The position numbers and the translations under genes were made by a program. A stretch of 64,000 nucleotides of DNA from an uncultured Desulfarculaceae bacterium (GTDB taxonomy: Bacteria > Desulfobacterota > Desulfocorpusculales > Desulfocorpusculum), in NCBI GenBank assembly GCA_964414345.1, contig CAYPWF010000004.1, forward strand, positions 23,865 through 87,864, read 5' to 3'. Position 1 is the stretch's first letter, and each line of letters starts with the position of its first letter. The notes below the pieces were generated by a model. That model saw nothing but the letters and a program-made list of their open reading frames with translations, was not told the DNA's origin and did no database searches. This document shows positions 1-11,400 of this stretch, in pieces.

Positions 1-2
1 GG

Positions 3-2384
3 ACATTCCGGCCTGACGAATCAGGGCAGGAATTCTACGATCCAGTAAAGGTGGAGAAGGATTTCGCCCTCATGGCGCGCAATGGATTCAATTCCGTTCG
101 CACCTATACAGTGCCTCCCCGCTGGTTGCTGGACCTGGCGCACAGGCACGGGCTTAGGGTCATGGTGGGTCTCCCCTGGGAGGAGCACATAGCTTTCCTG
201 GATGAGGGCAAGAGGGCTCGCTCCATATTGGGGAGGGTTAGAAGTGCAGTGCGCTCTTGTAGTGGGCACCCGGCAGTGCTCTGTTTTGTTGTGGGCAACG
301 AGATACCGGCTTCCATAGTGCGTTGGCACGGGCCTAGGAGGATAGAGCAATTCATCCGAAGGCTTTATAGGGTTGCAAAGCAGGAAGACCCCCAGGCAAT
401 TGTGACCTATGTCAACTATCCCACCACCGAGTTCTTAAACCTGGATTTCCTGGATTTGGTCTGCTTCAACGTTTACTTGGAGTCCCGGGAACGGCTCAGA
501 GCCTATTTGGCCAGGCTTCAGAATCTGGCCGGGAACAAACCCCTGGTGATTGCTGAGATAGGACTGGACAGTCGGCGCAACGGCACCGAAGCCCAGGCCG
601 AGAGCCTTTCCTGGCAGATCCGCACGGCCTTTGCCTCGGGCTGCGCAGGGGCTTTTGTGTTTGCCTGGACGGATGAGTGGTTCAGAGGGGGCTATGATAT
701 AGAGGACTGGGACTTTGGCATAACCACCAAGCAAAGAAAGCCCAAGCCCGCCTTGGAGTCGGTCAAAAGAGCTTTTTCCCAGGTTCCTTTCCCGCAAGAA
801 AGCCCCTGGCCCAAAATCTCGGTGGTGGTCTGCTCTTACAATGGCGCCAGAACCATCCGGGACACCCTGGAGGGGCTGAATCGCCTGGAGTATCCGTGCT
901 TCGAGGTCATTGTTGTGGATGACGGCTCCACCGACAATACCGCCCAAATCGCCTCCAGCTTTGGTGCAAAGGTCATCAGCGTTCCCAACGGCGGTTTGAG
1001 CAAGGCCCGCAACATAGGCCTGGAGGCCGCAGCAGGAGAAATAGTGGCTTATATAGATGATGACGCATATCCGGATCCCCACTGGTTGCAATATCTGGCC
1101 GCAACCTTCATGGAAACGGATCACGTGGGTGTCGGGGGCCCCAATATCCCTCCGGAGAAGGATGGTCCCATTGCGCACTGCGTGGCCAATGCTCCAGGCG
1201 GGCCCCTCCATGTTTTGGTCTCAGACCAGGAGGCCGAGCACATCCCAGGGTGCAACATGGCCTTTCGAAAAGAGGCCCTGGCTGAAGTGGGGGGTTTTGA
1301 CCCCAGGTTTAGAATAGCTGGCGATGATGTGGATGTGTGTTGGAGACTCCAGGAAAGAGGCTGGAGCATCGGGTACTGCGCGGGGGCCTTGGTATGGCAT
1401 CACAGAAGGAGCTCCATAAAAGCTTTTTGGAAACAGCAGAAGAACTACGGCCGCGCCGAGGCCCTGCTTGAGGGAAAATGGCCGAACCGTTACAACGCGC
1501 TGGGTCACCTTTCCTGGAAAGGCAGCATATATGGACTGGGCCTTTTGAGACCGCTTCCTTTTTTGCCTTCCAGGATATACCAGGGCACCTGGGGCACAGC
1601 CCCTTTTCAGTCAATTTACGGGCCCAAGCCAGGTCTTTGGCTTTCTCTTCCCATGATGCCGGAATGGTACCTGATTCTATTGTTTCTGGGAGGCCTCGGA
1701 GTTCTTGGCTTTTGGTGGGAGCCCTTGAGGCTGGCTTGGTTGGTCTTGGGGGTCTGTCTGATTCTTACAGCATGGCAGGCCTTGGGGAGTGCAGCCCGAG
1801 CCTGTTTTCCGGACTCAAGCCGAAGAGCCATACCTCTTTGGGTTCTAAGAGGCATCACCGCTTCTCTATTCGTTCTGCAGCCCCTGGCAAGACTCTGGGG
1901 AAGGTTAAGAAACGGTCTTAGCCCTTGGCGAAGGAGGGGCCATAGGGGATGGCTTCTGCCCCTGCCTCGCAGAAAGGCTATTTGGAGCGAGAATTGGAAG
2001 GCCCAGGCAGAGAGGCTGGAAGCCTTAGAAAAGGCCCTCAGGGCCCAAGGCGCGGTGGTGAGAGCTGGGGGGGATTATGATTCCTGGGACCTGGAGGTAA
2101 GAGGGGGGCTTTTGGGCAAAGTCCGGCTAAGGATGGCGGTGGAGGAGCACGGGGCTGGAAAACAGCAGGTGCTGGTGCGCTTCTGGCCTGTGATTTCAGC
2201 CTATGGTGCCGCCGCAATGGCCGGAGGAGCCCTTTTGGCCCTGGCGGCTTTTCTGGGGCAAGCCTGGACAGCGGGTGGTATAATCCTAATTGGCCTGCTC
2301 GGCCTCCTGGGGGTTTGGTTGGGGGATAGCTCATGGGCCGCAGCTTCCTGCCAGAAGGCCCTGGAGAGCCAAGAAAAAGTTTAA
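3..2384 (+). CDS. Fusion membrane protein: N-terminal clan GH-A-like TIM-barrel glycoside hydrolase domain, central family 2 glycosyltransferase domain, C-terminal multi-TM region. 5' end truncated by the window edge (the reading frame is open back to base 3).
   Basis: ORF 51..2384 (777 aa) has no in-frame stop upstream, so it likely begins before the window. N-terminal motifs VVGNE (acid/base) and VIAEIGLD (nucleophile-like) are typical of clan GH-A. Central SVVVCSYNG...VIVVDDGSTDNT...YIDDDA plus a QxRxW-like LQERGW are GT2 hallmarks. The C-terminal ~250 aa is hydrophobic with multiple predicted TM helices. Confidence 0.6.
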   Translation, partial: TFRPDESGQEFYDPVKVEKDFALMARNGFNSVRTYTVPPRWLLDLAHRHGLRVMVGLPWEEHIAFLDEGKRARSILGRVRSAVRSCSGHPAVLCFVVGNEIPASIVRWHGPRRIEQFIRRLYRVAKQEDPQAIVTYVNYPTTEFLNLDFLDLVCFNVYLESRERLRAYLARLQNLAGNKPLVIAEIGLDSRRNGTEAQAESLSWQIRTAFASGCAGAFVFAWTDEWFRGGYDIEDWDFGITTKQRKPKPALESVKRAFSQVPFPQESPWPKISVVVCSYNGARTIRDTLEGLNRLEYPCFEVIVVDDGSTDNTAQIASSFGAKVISVPNGGLSKARNIGLEAAAGEIVAYIDDDAYPDPHWLQYLAATFMETDHVGVGGPNIPPEKDGPIAHCVANAPGGPLHVLVSDQEAEHIPGCNMAFRKEALAEVGGFDPRFRIAGDDVDVCWRLQERGWSIGYCAGALVWHHRRSSIKAFWKQQKNYGRAEALLEGKWPNRYNALGHLSWKGSIYGLGLLRPLPFLPSRIYQGTWGTAPFQSIYGPKPGLWLSLPMMPEWYLILLFLGGLGVLGFWWEPLRLAWLVLGVCLILTAWQALGSAARACFPDSSRRAIPLWVLRGITASLFVLQPLARLWGRLRNGLSPWRRRGHRGWLLPLPRRKAIWSENWKAQAERLEALEKALRAQGAVVRAGGDYDSWDLEVRGGLLGKVRLRMAVEEHGAGKQQVLVRFWPVISAYGAAAMAGGALLALAAFLGQAWTAGGIILIGLLGLLGVWLGDSSWAAASCQKALESQEKV

Positions 2385-2414
2385 AGCTTTCCCGAATTTC
2401 TTGAAAGAACTCGG

Positions 2415-4235
2415 ATGGCCGCAAGTATTAGACATTACAAGCCCTTAAGCAAATACATATTGAGGCAATGGCCTTCTCTGCTTTTGATCCTCCTTCTCAC
2501 AGGCATAAGCTCGGCGGCTTCTGCTCTTCAACCATGGCCCCTAAAACTTCTGGTGGACTACGCCTTGGGCAGCGAGGCCGTGCCTGAGGCTGTGCGCCAA
2601 AGCCTGGAAGCCCTTTCTGTGGGCATCACCCCCGTGGTGCTCATCGTGGTGGCAGCCTGCTCCAGCCTTGGTCTTTTCGTGCTTCAGAGCGCTCTGGACG
2701 TCATACTCTCCTGGAGCTGGACCTCAGCCGGTCAACGTATGGTTTTTGATTTGGCTGCCGACCTTTTTCACAGGCTCCAGAGATTCTCCTTTGTCTTTCA
2801 TGTGCGCCAAGGCATAGGGGAGTCTCTAAGCCGCCTAAGCGGAGACACTTACTGCGTTTACAGCCTGGCCCACGGGCTCTTGGTGGGCCCTGCCCACCAG
2901 ATCCTGGTGATGGGCACCATGGGCATAGTGGCCTGGCGACTGGAGCCCACCCTTACGGCGGTGACCCTTGTCACGGTGCCGGCCCTGGCGGCCTCGGCCC
3001 TTTTCTTCGGGGAGCGACTACAGCGCACCACCAGTGTGACCAGGGAGGCCGAGACCCGTCTGATGGGATTTGTGCATCAGACCCTGTCCGCCATCCCCAT
3101 TGTCCAGGCCTTCGGCACCAGACTTCTCAACCGCAGGACCTTCCAGCGCCTGGCAGCTGATGCCACGGTGGCCACCCAGAAAGGGAGCCTCTTCAGCAAC
3201 GTTTATGGGATGGTCAATGGCCTGGCCTTGACCATGGGTACGGCCATTGTGCTCTTTCTGGGGGGCAAGAGGGTGACGGCCGATGTGATGTCCGTTGGGG
3301 ACCTGTTGGTATTCCTTGCCTATCTTCGCTCCTGGCACGAGGCCACTCAGGAGTTGCTGCGCACCTACGGCGAGCTCAGATCTGTCACGGCCAGCATGGA
3401 CAGGGTCTTGGAGCTGCTGGAGACCCCGGAGGAGGTCCAGGAAATCCCAGGGGCCAGACCCCTTACTGGCCAGAGACCCCACAGGGGCAGGCACTTGCGC
3501 CTGGAAGAGGTGATTTTCGGATATGAGCCGCACCGGCCTGTCTTGCGGGGACTCTCCCTGGAGGCCAGACCCGGGGAGATGGTGGCCATAGTGGGTCCCA
3601 GCGGGGCTGGCAAGAGTACCCTAGCATCCCTGATCCCTCGCTTCTTCGATCCATGGGAAGGCCGGGTGACTATGGATGGGAAGGATCTGAGGGAACTCAA
3701 GTTGTCCAGCGTGCGCTCACAGGTGGCCTTGGTGCTTCAGGATCCTTTTCTGCTTCCCATAAGCGTGGCCGAGAACATAGCGTATGGCAGGCCCGGGGCC
3801 AGCTCGAGGGAGATCGAGGAGGCGGCCCGCATGGCCGGAGCCCACGAGTTCATTCTCAGGCTTCCCAGGGGATACGAGACCGTGGTGAGTGAGCGGGGAG
3901 CCAACCTCTCTGGGGGAGAGCGAAAGCGCTTGGCCATAGCCAGAGCCATTTTGAAGGATGCTCCGGTGCTGGTCTTGGACGAGCCCACCTCTGCCGTAGA
4001 TGCCAGGACCGAGGCTGAAATCATGGAAGCCCTGGAGAAATTGATGCAGGGGCGCACCACCATTGTGATAGCCCATAGGCTCTCCACCATCAGAAGGGCC
4101 CATAGGATAGTGGTTGTTGAGGAAGGCCTGGTGGTGGAGAGTGGGACCCACAGCGAGCTGTTGGCCAAGGGCGGGACCTACTTCAAGCTCCATGCTCGCC
4201 AATTGTCTCTCATCCAGAAGGAGGGGGTGGCGTGA
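2415..4235 (+). CDS. ABC transporter ATP-binding/permease protein (type I exporter, MsbA/MdlB-like), half of a heterodimer
   Basis: 606 aa. N-terminal 6-TM domain. Walker A GPSGAGKST, ABC signature LSGGERKR, Walker B VLVLDEPTSAVD, H-loop IAHRLST. Confidence 0.9.
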   Translation: MAASIRHYKPLSKYILRQWPSLLLILLLTGISSAASALQPWPLKLLVDYALGSEAVPEAVRQSLEALSVGITPVVLIVVAACSSLGLFVLQSALDVILSWSWTSAGQRMVFDLAADLFHRLQRFSFVFHVRQGIGESLSRLSGDTYCVYSLAHGLLVGPAHQILVMGTMGIVAWRLEPTLTAVTLVTVPALAASALFFGERLQRTTSVTREAETRLMGFVHQTLSAIPIVQAFGTRLLNRRTFQRLAADATVATQKGSLFSNVYGMVNGLALTMGTAIVLFLGGKRVTADVMSVGDLLVFLAYLRSWHEATQELLRTYGELRSVTASMDRVLELLETPEEVQEIPGARPLTGQRPHRGRHLRLEEVIFGYEPHRPVLRGLSLEARPGEMVAIVGPSGAGKSTLASLIPRFFDPWEGRVTMDGKDLRELKLSSVRSQVALVLQDPFLLPISVAENIAYGRPGASSREIEEAARMAGAHEFILRLPRGYETVVSERGANLSGGERKRLAIARAILKDAPVLVLDEPTSAVDARTEAEIMEALEKLMQGRTTIVIAHRLSTIRRAHRIVVVEEGLVVESGTHSELLAKGGTYFKLHARQLSLIQKEGVA

Positions 4236-6040
4236 GGGGCTGGTGGCTCGATATGATTCGCTACGCCAGGCCTCACTGGAGGCTCTTGGGAGCCATAGGT
4301 GCGCTGATGCTCCTGAGCGTGGGGCTTGACGCCCTGGTGCCGTGGCCCATGAAGGTGCTGGTGGACAACGTGCTCCAAGGAGACCCCTTACCAGAGAAGC
4401 TTCAGTGGCTTGGGAAGTTGCCTGGAGCTAACTCGGCCGTTGCCCTTGTAGCCTGGCTGGCCGGCGCGACGGTTCTGGTTTACCTCCTGAACCAGGCCGC
4501 TCAGACTCTTCGCACATACCTGGAGACCGGCGTCGGGGTGCGCATGGCCATGGACCTGGGAGCCGATCTCTTCGACCGGCTCCAGCGTCTATCCCTCAGG
4601 TTCCACGGCCGTCAGATGACAGGGGATCTGATCCGGAGGGTCACCCATGACACGGGCTGTGTCAAACAACTGGTGCTGGGTGTGGCCCTTCCCCTGGTAC
4701 ACGCCCTGGCCAGCCTTGGGACCCTCTTCTTGGTCATGTGGCACATGGACCCTCCCTTGGCAATCCTCGCGATGATGGTGGCACCCCCTCTGGGACTGCT
4801 CATAAGACTTTTTGCCAGACCCATGGCAGAGCGAACCTACGAACAGCAACAAATGGAAGGCCAGATGATGGCCCTGGCCGAGCAGACCCTGAGCTCCCTT
4901 CCTGTGGTTCAGGCCTTTGGCAGGGAGGATCACGAGGAGGGCCGTTTCCGGCAAATGTCCTTCAGGACTCTTCAGGCATATCTCAGGGCCGTGGCCTCCC
5001 AGCTTCAGTTCAAGGTTGGGGTGGGAGGGGTCCTGGCTGTAGGCACAGCGGTCATAATGGGCATAGGCGGGATTCACGTGGTTAAGGAGTCCCTGAGCGT
5101 GGGAGGTCTTTTGGTCTTCCTCACGTATTTGGCTTCCCTCTATGGCCCCATGACCACACTGGCTTATCTGGCCTCTGGTTTCGCCGCTGCAGCAGGAGGG
5201 GCTCGCAGGGTCCTGGAGGTGATGGGTCAAGAAGAGGAGATAAAGGATATGCCGGGCTGCAGCCCATTGCCCGGTAAGGGCACTACGGGAAGGCATGTGC
5301 GCTTTGAGAAGGTTACGGCCGGATATGAAAAGGACAGGCCAGTGTTAAAGGAAGTAAGTTTTGAGGTCCTCCCGGGTGAGACCGTGGCCATAATCGGCGC
5401 CACAGGAGCGGGCAAGAGCACCTTGGTGAGTCTTGTTCCGAGGCTCTTGGATCCATGGGAAGGCAGGGTGACGGTGGACGGGGTGGACATCCGGAGGGTA
5501 AGCCTGGAGAGTCTCAGGTCTCAAGTGGCCATAGTGCTCCAGGATGCCTTCCTGTTGCCCCTCACAGTGGCCGAGAACATCTCTTACGGCCGACCGGGGG
5601 CAGACCTCAAGGAGGTCATGGAAGCCGCAGCCGCTGCCGGAGCACATGAGTTTATCCAGAGACTTCCACAAGGCTATCACACGGTGATCGGCGAAGGCGG
5701 AGCTTCCCTCTCGGGAGGGGAAAGACAGCGCATCTCCATTGCCAGGGCCTTGCTGAAAAACGCCTCCATTCTCATCATGGACGAGCCCACCTCATCCCTG
5801 GACGCGGCAACAGAGGCCAGTCTGGTGGAGGCCCTGGAGGTGTTGATGAAGGGGCGCACCACCTTCATAATAGCCCACCGGCTCTCCACTGTCCGGAAGG
5901 CCAACCGCATAGTGGTGCTGGAAGAGGGAACAGTGGTGGAGACCGGAACCCACCAGGAACTCCTTAGCAAGGAGGGGGCTTACGCCCGATTCTACCAGCT
6001 GCAGTTTGGCACTGCTGGCTGGGCCCATACGGCCCCATGA
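4232..6040 (+). CDS. ABC transporter ATP-binding/permease protein (type I exporter), second half of the heterodimer
   Basis: 602 aa. Start overlaps the previous stop by 4 bp (GTGA), suggesting translational coupling. Walker A GATGAGKST, signature LSGGERQR, Walker B ILIMDEPTSSLD. Confidence 0.9.
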   Translation: MRGWWLDMIRYARPHWRLLGAIGALMLLSVGLDALVPWPMKVLVDNVLQGDPLPEKLQWLGKLPGANSAVALVAWLAGATVLVYLLNQAAQTLRTYLETGVGVRMAMDLGADLFDRLQRLSLRFHGRQMTGDLIRRVTHDTGCVKQLVLGVALPLVHALASLGTLFLVMWHMDPPLAILAMMVAPPLGLLIRLFARPMAERTYEQQQMEGQMMALAEQTLSSLPVVQAFGREDHEEGRFRQMSFRTLQAYLRAVASQLQFKVGVGGVLAVGTAVIMGIGGIHVVKESLSVGGLLVFLTYLASLYGPMTTLAYLASGFAAAAGGARRVLEVMGQEEEIKDMPGCSPLPGKGTTGRHVRFEKVTAGYEKDRPVLKEVSFEVLPGETVAIIGATGAGKSTLVSLVPRLLDPWEGRVTVDGVDIRRVSLESLRSQVAIVLQDAFLLPLTVAENISYGRPGADLKEVMEAAAAAGAHEFIQRLPQGYHTVIGEGGASLSGGERQRISIARALLKNASILIMDEPTSSLDAATEASLVEALEVLMKGRTTFIIAHRLSTVRKANRIVVLEEGTVVETGTHQELLSKEGAYARFYQLQFGTAGWAHTAP

Positions 6041-6121
6041 GAGACATTGCACAATGCAACCCCCCTTGGCTTGGAGGTGATGTGCAGGCTCGGCGGGTCG
6101 TGGGTTGATTCCGGAGCCTGA

Positions 6122-7441
6122 TTGAAGTACATAGATCCCATGCCGAGAAATCACCAAGAGAACCAACCTGCCGCGTGCACAGCTGGAGGTGCACTCAAAT
6201 GCCCAGGCAGGCATTCCCATCCAGAGCCTGTCAGTGACAGGGCAAAAAAGCTGGAGGCAAGCGTACCCCTTCTGGCCAGCATCATAATAAGCAGTTACAA
6301 CTACGGCAGATACCTCAGGGAGACCATAGACAGTTGCCTGGATCAGACCTACCCAGAGGTGGAGGTCATAGTGGTGGACGATGGCTCCACGGACAACTCC
6401 CGGGAGCTGATCCTTTCTTATGGAGACCGCATCCTCGCCGTTTTCAAAGAAAACGGAGGCCATGCCTCGGCTTTGAACCTGGGATTTCAAAAAAGCAAAG
6501 GGGATGTAGTAATTTTCTTGGACTCGGACGACGCCCTTATGCCCACAGCAGTGGAGAAGTGTGTGGAGTTGTTCAAAGACCAGCAGGTCTCTACCGTCAG
6601 GTGGCAGATGTGGACCATGGACCCATCCAGCCGGGTCATGGCCAAGAGGGTTCCGCCCGACAAGATCGCACAGGGGGATCTCAGAGAGGAACTGCTTCGG
6701 GAAGGGCCACACCATTTCCCGCCCACCAGCGGTAACGCGTGGGCGCGCTGGTTCCTGGAGCGGGTGATGCCCATTCCCGAAAGACTGTTCCGCCTTGGGG
6801 GAGGGGACTTGTACCTAGCTACCCTGGCGGGCTTGTACGGTGTGGTGAGGGCCACAAAGGAGCCCCAGGGTCTTTACCGGATCCACACGGACAAGTACAC
6901 CCTCAAGGAGGGCTTTGAGGAGCGTGTGGCGCTTTTCATGGCCATGTGGGATGGGTCCCTGGATGCCCTGGCCAGCCATGCCAGGGGGCTGGGGATCCAG
7001 TTGAAAGTTGGGACTCTGAAGCGAAAGGGCTGGTGGAGAAAGATCGCACAGGCAATGAAGGATCTAAAAAGCGTAGTCCCAAAGGGCTCAACATATGTGC
7101 TTGTGGAGGACGACTACTGGGGCGTTGGGGAGGTGGTGCCAGGAGCCTCCAGACGTTCTTTTCTGGACAAGGATGGGTGCTATTGGGGGCCTCCCACAAG
7201 CGACAAGGCTGCCATTGAAGCCTTGGAGGACCTGAGGGGGCGGGGAGCCTCTTTCCTTGCCTTTGCATGGTCCTCATATTGGTGGTTTGAACATTTCCCG
7301 GTTTTCCTGGCTCATGTGCAAAGCCATTATCGATGCCCGCTCAGAAACAGCCGGGTGACGGTCTTTGACCTGAGGGAGGTTGCCCCCAGGCCAACCAGGT
7401 GCCAGGCCATGGCTGGAGGCCCAAAAAGGGGGATAAGGTGA
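6122..7441 (+). CDS. Glycosyltransferase family 2 protein with a C-terminal domain of unknown function; exact start codon uncertain
   Basis: SIIISSYNYGRYLRETIDSCLDQTYPEVEVIVVDDGSTDNS...FLDSDD (GT-A DxD) are typical GT2 motifs. There are ~50 aa of low-complexity sequence before the GT2 core, so the true start may lie downstream of 6122. Confidence 0.6.
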   Translation: MKYIDPMPRNHQENQPAACTAGGALKCPGRHSHPEPVSDRAKKLEASVPLLASIIISSYNYGRYLRETIDSCLDQTYPEVEVIVVDDGSTDNSRELILSYGDRILAVFKENGGHASALNLGFQKSKGDVVIFLDSDDALMPTAVEKCVELFKDQQVSTVRWQMWTMDPSSRVMAKRVPPDKIAQGDLREELLREGPHHFPPTSGNAWARWFLERVMPIPERLFRLGGGDLYLATLAGLYGVVRATKEPQGLYRIHTDKYTLKEGFEERVALFMAMWDGSLDALASHARGLGIQLKVGTLKRKGWWRKIAQAMKDLKSVVPKGSTYVLVEDDYWGVGEVVPGASRRSFLDKDGCYWGPPTSDKAAIEALEDLRGRGASFLAFAWSSYWWFEHFPVFLAHVQSHYRCPLRNSRVTVFDLREVAPRPTRCQAMAGGPKRGIR

Positions 7442-7466
7442 GGCTCTCCGGCTCAGAGGAGAAGAA

Positions 7467-8306
7467 ATGAAAGAGTTAGAGTTCCCTGGAGACACGGCAT
7501 CCCACAAGGAGGCGGTGATCCGCACCATGACCGGGTATGACATGATGGGGAGCCAGGATGAGGCCTACTATGCAAGGCAATATCTGCACTGGATTCTCCC
7601 GGAGCTGGAGGCCCGTTTCCCGGGCAGGAGGGCCCTGGTAATGGATCTGGGTTGCGGGCAGGGTCGATTCAGCCTCCCCTTGGCGCAATGGTGTTTGGGG
7701 GGGGGCGGAGAGGTGAGGGGTGTGGATCTGGCGGGCCCTGCCCTGGAAAAGGCCAGAGAAAGGGCGCAGGGGCTTCCCAACCTGAGCTTCCAGGAGGCTG
7801 ATGTGCTGGAGTTTCTCCAGGGGAAGGAGGATGCCTCGGCAGACGCTGTGCTCCTCATCGAGGTGACCTTCTTCCTCCCCAGGTGGAAAGAGGTTCTGGG
7901 CCAGGTGGCACGGGTCCTAAGGCCGGGTGGAGTGAGCTTCGTGTCATTTCGCTCCCAGTATTACAATCTTTTGCAGAATGTCTGGAGCTGGCGATGGGAA
8001 GGGGCCCGTATGGCCTTGGAAAAAAGGGAGGGATATCTTTGGGGAGAGCCGGTGTGGTACACCTGGCAGACACCTGATGAGATAAAAGAGTTTTACCGGG
8101 AATTGGGGCTTAGGCCTCTTAAACTTCTGGGAATTGGGGTTTGCTCCGGACTGGAAGAGGACCCACACGGGACCATAATCCGGCCCTCCCAGCTCTCGGT
8201 CCAGGAGCAGGATCTCCTTATGGAAATAGAGTGCCGGGCTGCAGAGGCCTATGCTGCCTGCGGGAGGTACATCCTTGCTATAGCAGAAAAGCCCCACTTA
8301 CCCTGA
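7467..8306 (+). CDS. Class I SAM-dependent methyltransferase
   Basis: Motif I VMDLGCGQGRF. Good RBS GAGGAGAAG upstream of the ATG. 279 aa. Confidence 0.7.
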   Translation: MKELEFPGDTASHKEAVIRTMTGYDMMGSQDEAYYARQYLHWILPELEARFPGRRALVMDLGCGQGRFSLPLAQWCLGGGGEVRGVDLAGPALEKARERAQGLPNLSFQEADVLEFLQGKEDASADAVLLIEVTFFLPRWKEVLGQVARVLRPGGVSFVSFRSQYYNLLQNVWSWRWEGARMALEKREGYLWGEPVWYTWQTPDEIKEFYRELGLRPLKLLGIGVCSGLEEDPHGTIIRPSQLSVQEQDLLMEIECRAAEAYAACGRYILAIAEKPHLP

Positions 8307-8420
8307 GGCCAGCCCAAGAGTTGGGGTGAGGCTTGATGATGCGTCTTCCTGCCACGGGGAGCCGGGGCCATGCAGGTGGTATGACGGGCAGCTCCAAAAA
8401 GCCCAAGCCGGAGATTCCTG

Positions 8421-11400
8421 ATGCGCTTGCGTGCCCTCCTGGGTTATCTGCTCATCCGATTGCTCTTCATAGGCTCGTTTGCGGCCTTGGGCTACTGGGC
8501 CTACATACATGTATCTCGGGAGCTGGCCACATCCCAGCTCCAGGCGCGTACCTTCTCACGCCTTGCCAAGGAGATGCGTTATTGGGTGGAAGAGGGGCCC
8601 AGCCAAGCCATCCGGTTCCCTCCGCCCGGTCCATACGACCTCAGGCTGGGCTATGCCAGGTTGCCCCAGTGGCTGGAAAGTCTGAAAGAAAGGGGCTACC
8701 AGATAAAGGCTCAGGCCAGGCTCAGCGGGCGATTCTTGGAGGCTGTGGACAGGGGCCTTTTCCCAATTTACAGGGAGAAAACCCAGGCCGGCTTGAGAAT
8801 CCTGGATCAGGACGGCACGCCCATCTGGTGGGCGCAGTATCCTCAAAGGGTTTATGCCAGCTTCCAGGAGATCCCGCCGATAGTAGTGCGAAGCCTGCTT
8901 TTCATAGAGAACAGGGAGCTTCTGGATGAGAAGTATCCAACCCGCAATCCGGCTGTTGAGTGGGACAGACTGGCCAAGGCGGTCCTGGATATGGCCGGGG
9001 GTGTCCTTAAGACCTCAGGCCGCACTCCGGGCGGCAGTACCATAGCCACCCAGCTCGAGAAATATAGGCACTCACCTGAAGGCCGAACCCACAACCCCGT
9101 GGAAAAACTAAGGCAGATGGCCTCTGCCTCCTTCAGGGCTTACTTGGAGGGGGAGAACACCCTAGAGGCTCGCCGTGATCTGGTGGTGAGTTATTTAAAC
9201 TCCATTCCCCTGGCCGCCATACAGGGATACGGGGAGGTGAACGGCTTAGGAGACGGTCTTTGGGCCTGGTGCGAGGCGGATTTCAAAGCTACCAACGAGC
9301 TTTTGAGACAGGCTGAAAGTCTCTTGGGGGGGGCTGGATCCAAAGAAGCGGCCCTGGCTTTTCGAAGGGTCTTGAGTTTGTTGCTTGCCCACAGAAGACC
9401 TTCTTACTACCTAACCGTGGACCAAGCCTCTTTGAACAATCTGGTGGATAGCTACCTGAGACTAATGGTCGAGGCAGGGGTGATCCCCAGGGAGCTGGGC
9501 CGAGTTGCCATGGAGCTTAGGCCCTCTTGGAGGCAAAGGGTGCCTTCCGGCGAACCTGTCTCCTTTCTGCAGCGCAAGGCCGCCAACTCGGTTCGCATGG
9601 TGCTGCTCAACGATCTGGGAATGCACAGCCTCTATGACTTGGACAGGCTGGATCTGAAAGTCATGAGCACTTTTCAAAGACCTCTTCAGGAGCAGGTCAG
9701 CCAGATCCTGGCCCAACTGGCGGATCCCTCAGCAGCGCAGGCGGCCGGCCTCAGGGGGCCCAGGCTCCTGGGGAAAGGGGACCCCTCCAGGGTTTTCTAC
9801 AGCCTTACCTTGTATGAGAGGACTCCCAAAGCCAATCTACTTAGAGTCCAAACAGACAATTTCGACGGTCCTTTCAACATCAACGAGGGGGTAAAACTGG
9901 ACCTCGGCTCTACGGCCAAACTCAGGACCCTGGTGCACTACCTGGAAGTGGTGGCCTGGCTTCATGAGAGGTACTCCCGCATGCCCGGATACAAGCTCCT
10001 CAAGGAATTGGATGAAATGTCCGACCCCCTCAGCCGGTGGGCCTTGGAGTACCTCATAGGAGCCTCCAACAGAGGCCTGGATGGGATGTTGGAGGCTGCC
10101 TTGGAAAGAACTTACTCCGCAAGTCCGGAAGAGACTTTTTTCACGGGTGGAGGCCTCCATAACTTCGAGAATTTTGATCCTGAGGACAACCACCAGGTGC
10201 TCAGCGTGAGGGAAGCTTTCAGACGTTCTGTTAACTTGGTGTTTGTCCGACTAATGAGGGATTTGGTGCACTACCATGTGTATAGGGCTACAGGCCTTAC
10301 AATTTCAAAAGCAGGCCGCCTCCAGGACCCTCAATGGAAAGAATACCTGGCCAGGTTTGCAGACAGGGAAGGCCGAGAATACCTCTCGCGTTTCTACAGG
10401 AAATATAGGGGCAAGTCCAAGGAAGAGGCTTTGGAGCTTCTACTCCACGGTGTCCAGGCTTCCCCCAGGAGGCTTGCGGCGGTATTCAGGTTCGTGAGGC
10501 CTGAGGCAGACAGGTCGGCTCTGGCTGGATTCCTCAGAGAGAGACTTCCGCACACACAGATTTCGGACGGGGCGATCCAGGAGCTTTACCATACTTACGA
10601 TCCCAAGCGCTATGACCTTGCAGACAAAGGCTTTCTGACCCATGTGCACCCCCTCGAGCTTTGGCTGGTGGCTTATCTCCAGCAAAACCCGCAAGCCTCT
10701 CGTGCCGAGGTGATGACCCAGGCAACCCTTGCACGTCAGGAGGCTTACAAGTGGCTGCTCAGGCCGGGTCGGAAAAAAGCCCAGGAGCGCAGGGTGGCCA
10801 TGATGATGGAAGTGGAGGCCTTCGAGCGGATTCACTCGGCTTGGAAAAGGACGGGTTATCCTTTTGAATCCCTGGTGCCTTCCTATGCCACGGCCATCGG
10901 GAGCTCGGCAGATCAACCAGCTGCCTTAGCCGAGTTGGTGGGCATATTGCTAAACGAAGGGGTCAGGCTTCCAACCCAGAGGTTGGAATGGCTCCATTTT
11001 GCCGAGGGGACTCCATACGAGACATTCCTTGTTAGGGGGGAAGGAAAGCCCGAGAGGGTTCTGCCCAAAGAGGTGGCCAGGGCGGCTCTTAGGGCTCTGG
11101 TGGATGTTGTGGAAAACGGGACGGCCAGGAGGCTCAAAGGGGCTTTCAAGAGGCAAGACGGGTCTTTTCTGACAACAGGAGGCAAGACCGGCACCGGGGA
11201 TCACCGCTACGAGCTCTACGGGGCAGGGGGAAAACTCCTGGCCAGAAAGGTGATGAATCGAACGGCCACCTTTGTTTTCTTTTTGGGAGAAAGATACTAC
11301 GGGGCTGTGACAGCCTTTGTGCCGGGGCCTCAGGCGGCAAATTATGATTTCACAAGCGGCCTTGCGGTACAGCTCCTCAAAGCCCTAAGCCTGGTTTTGG

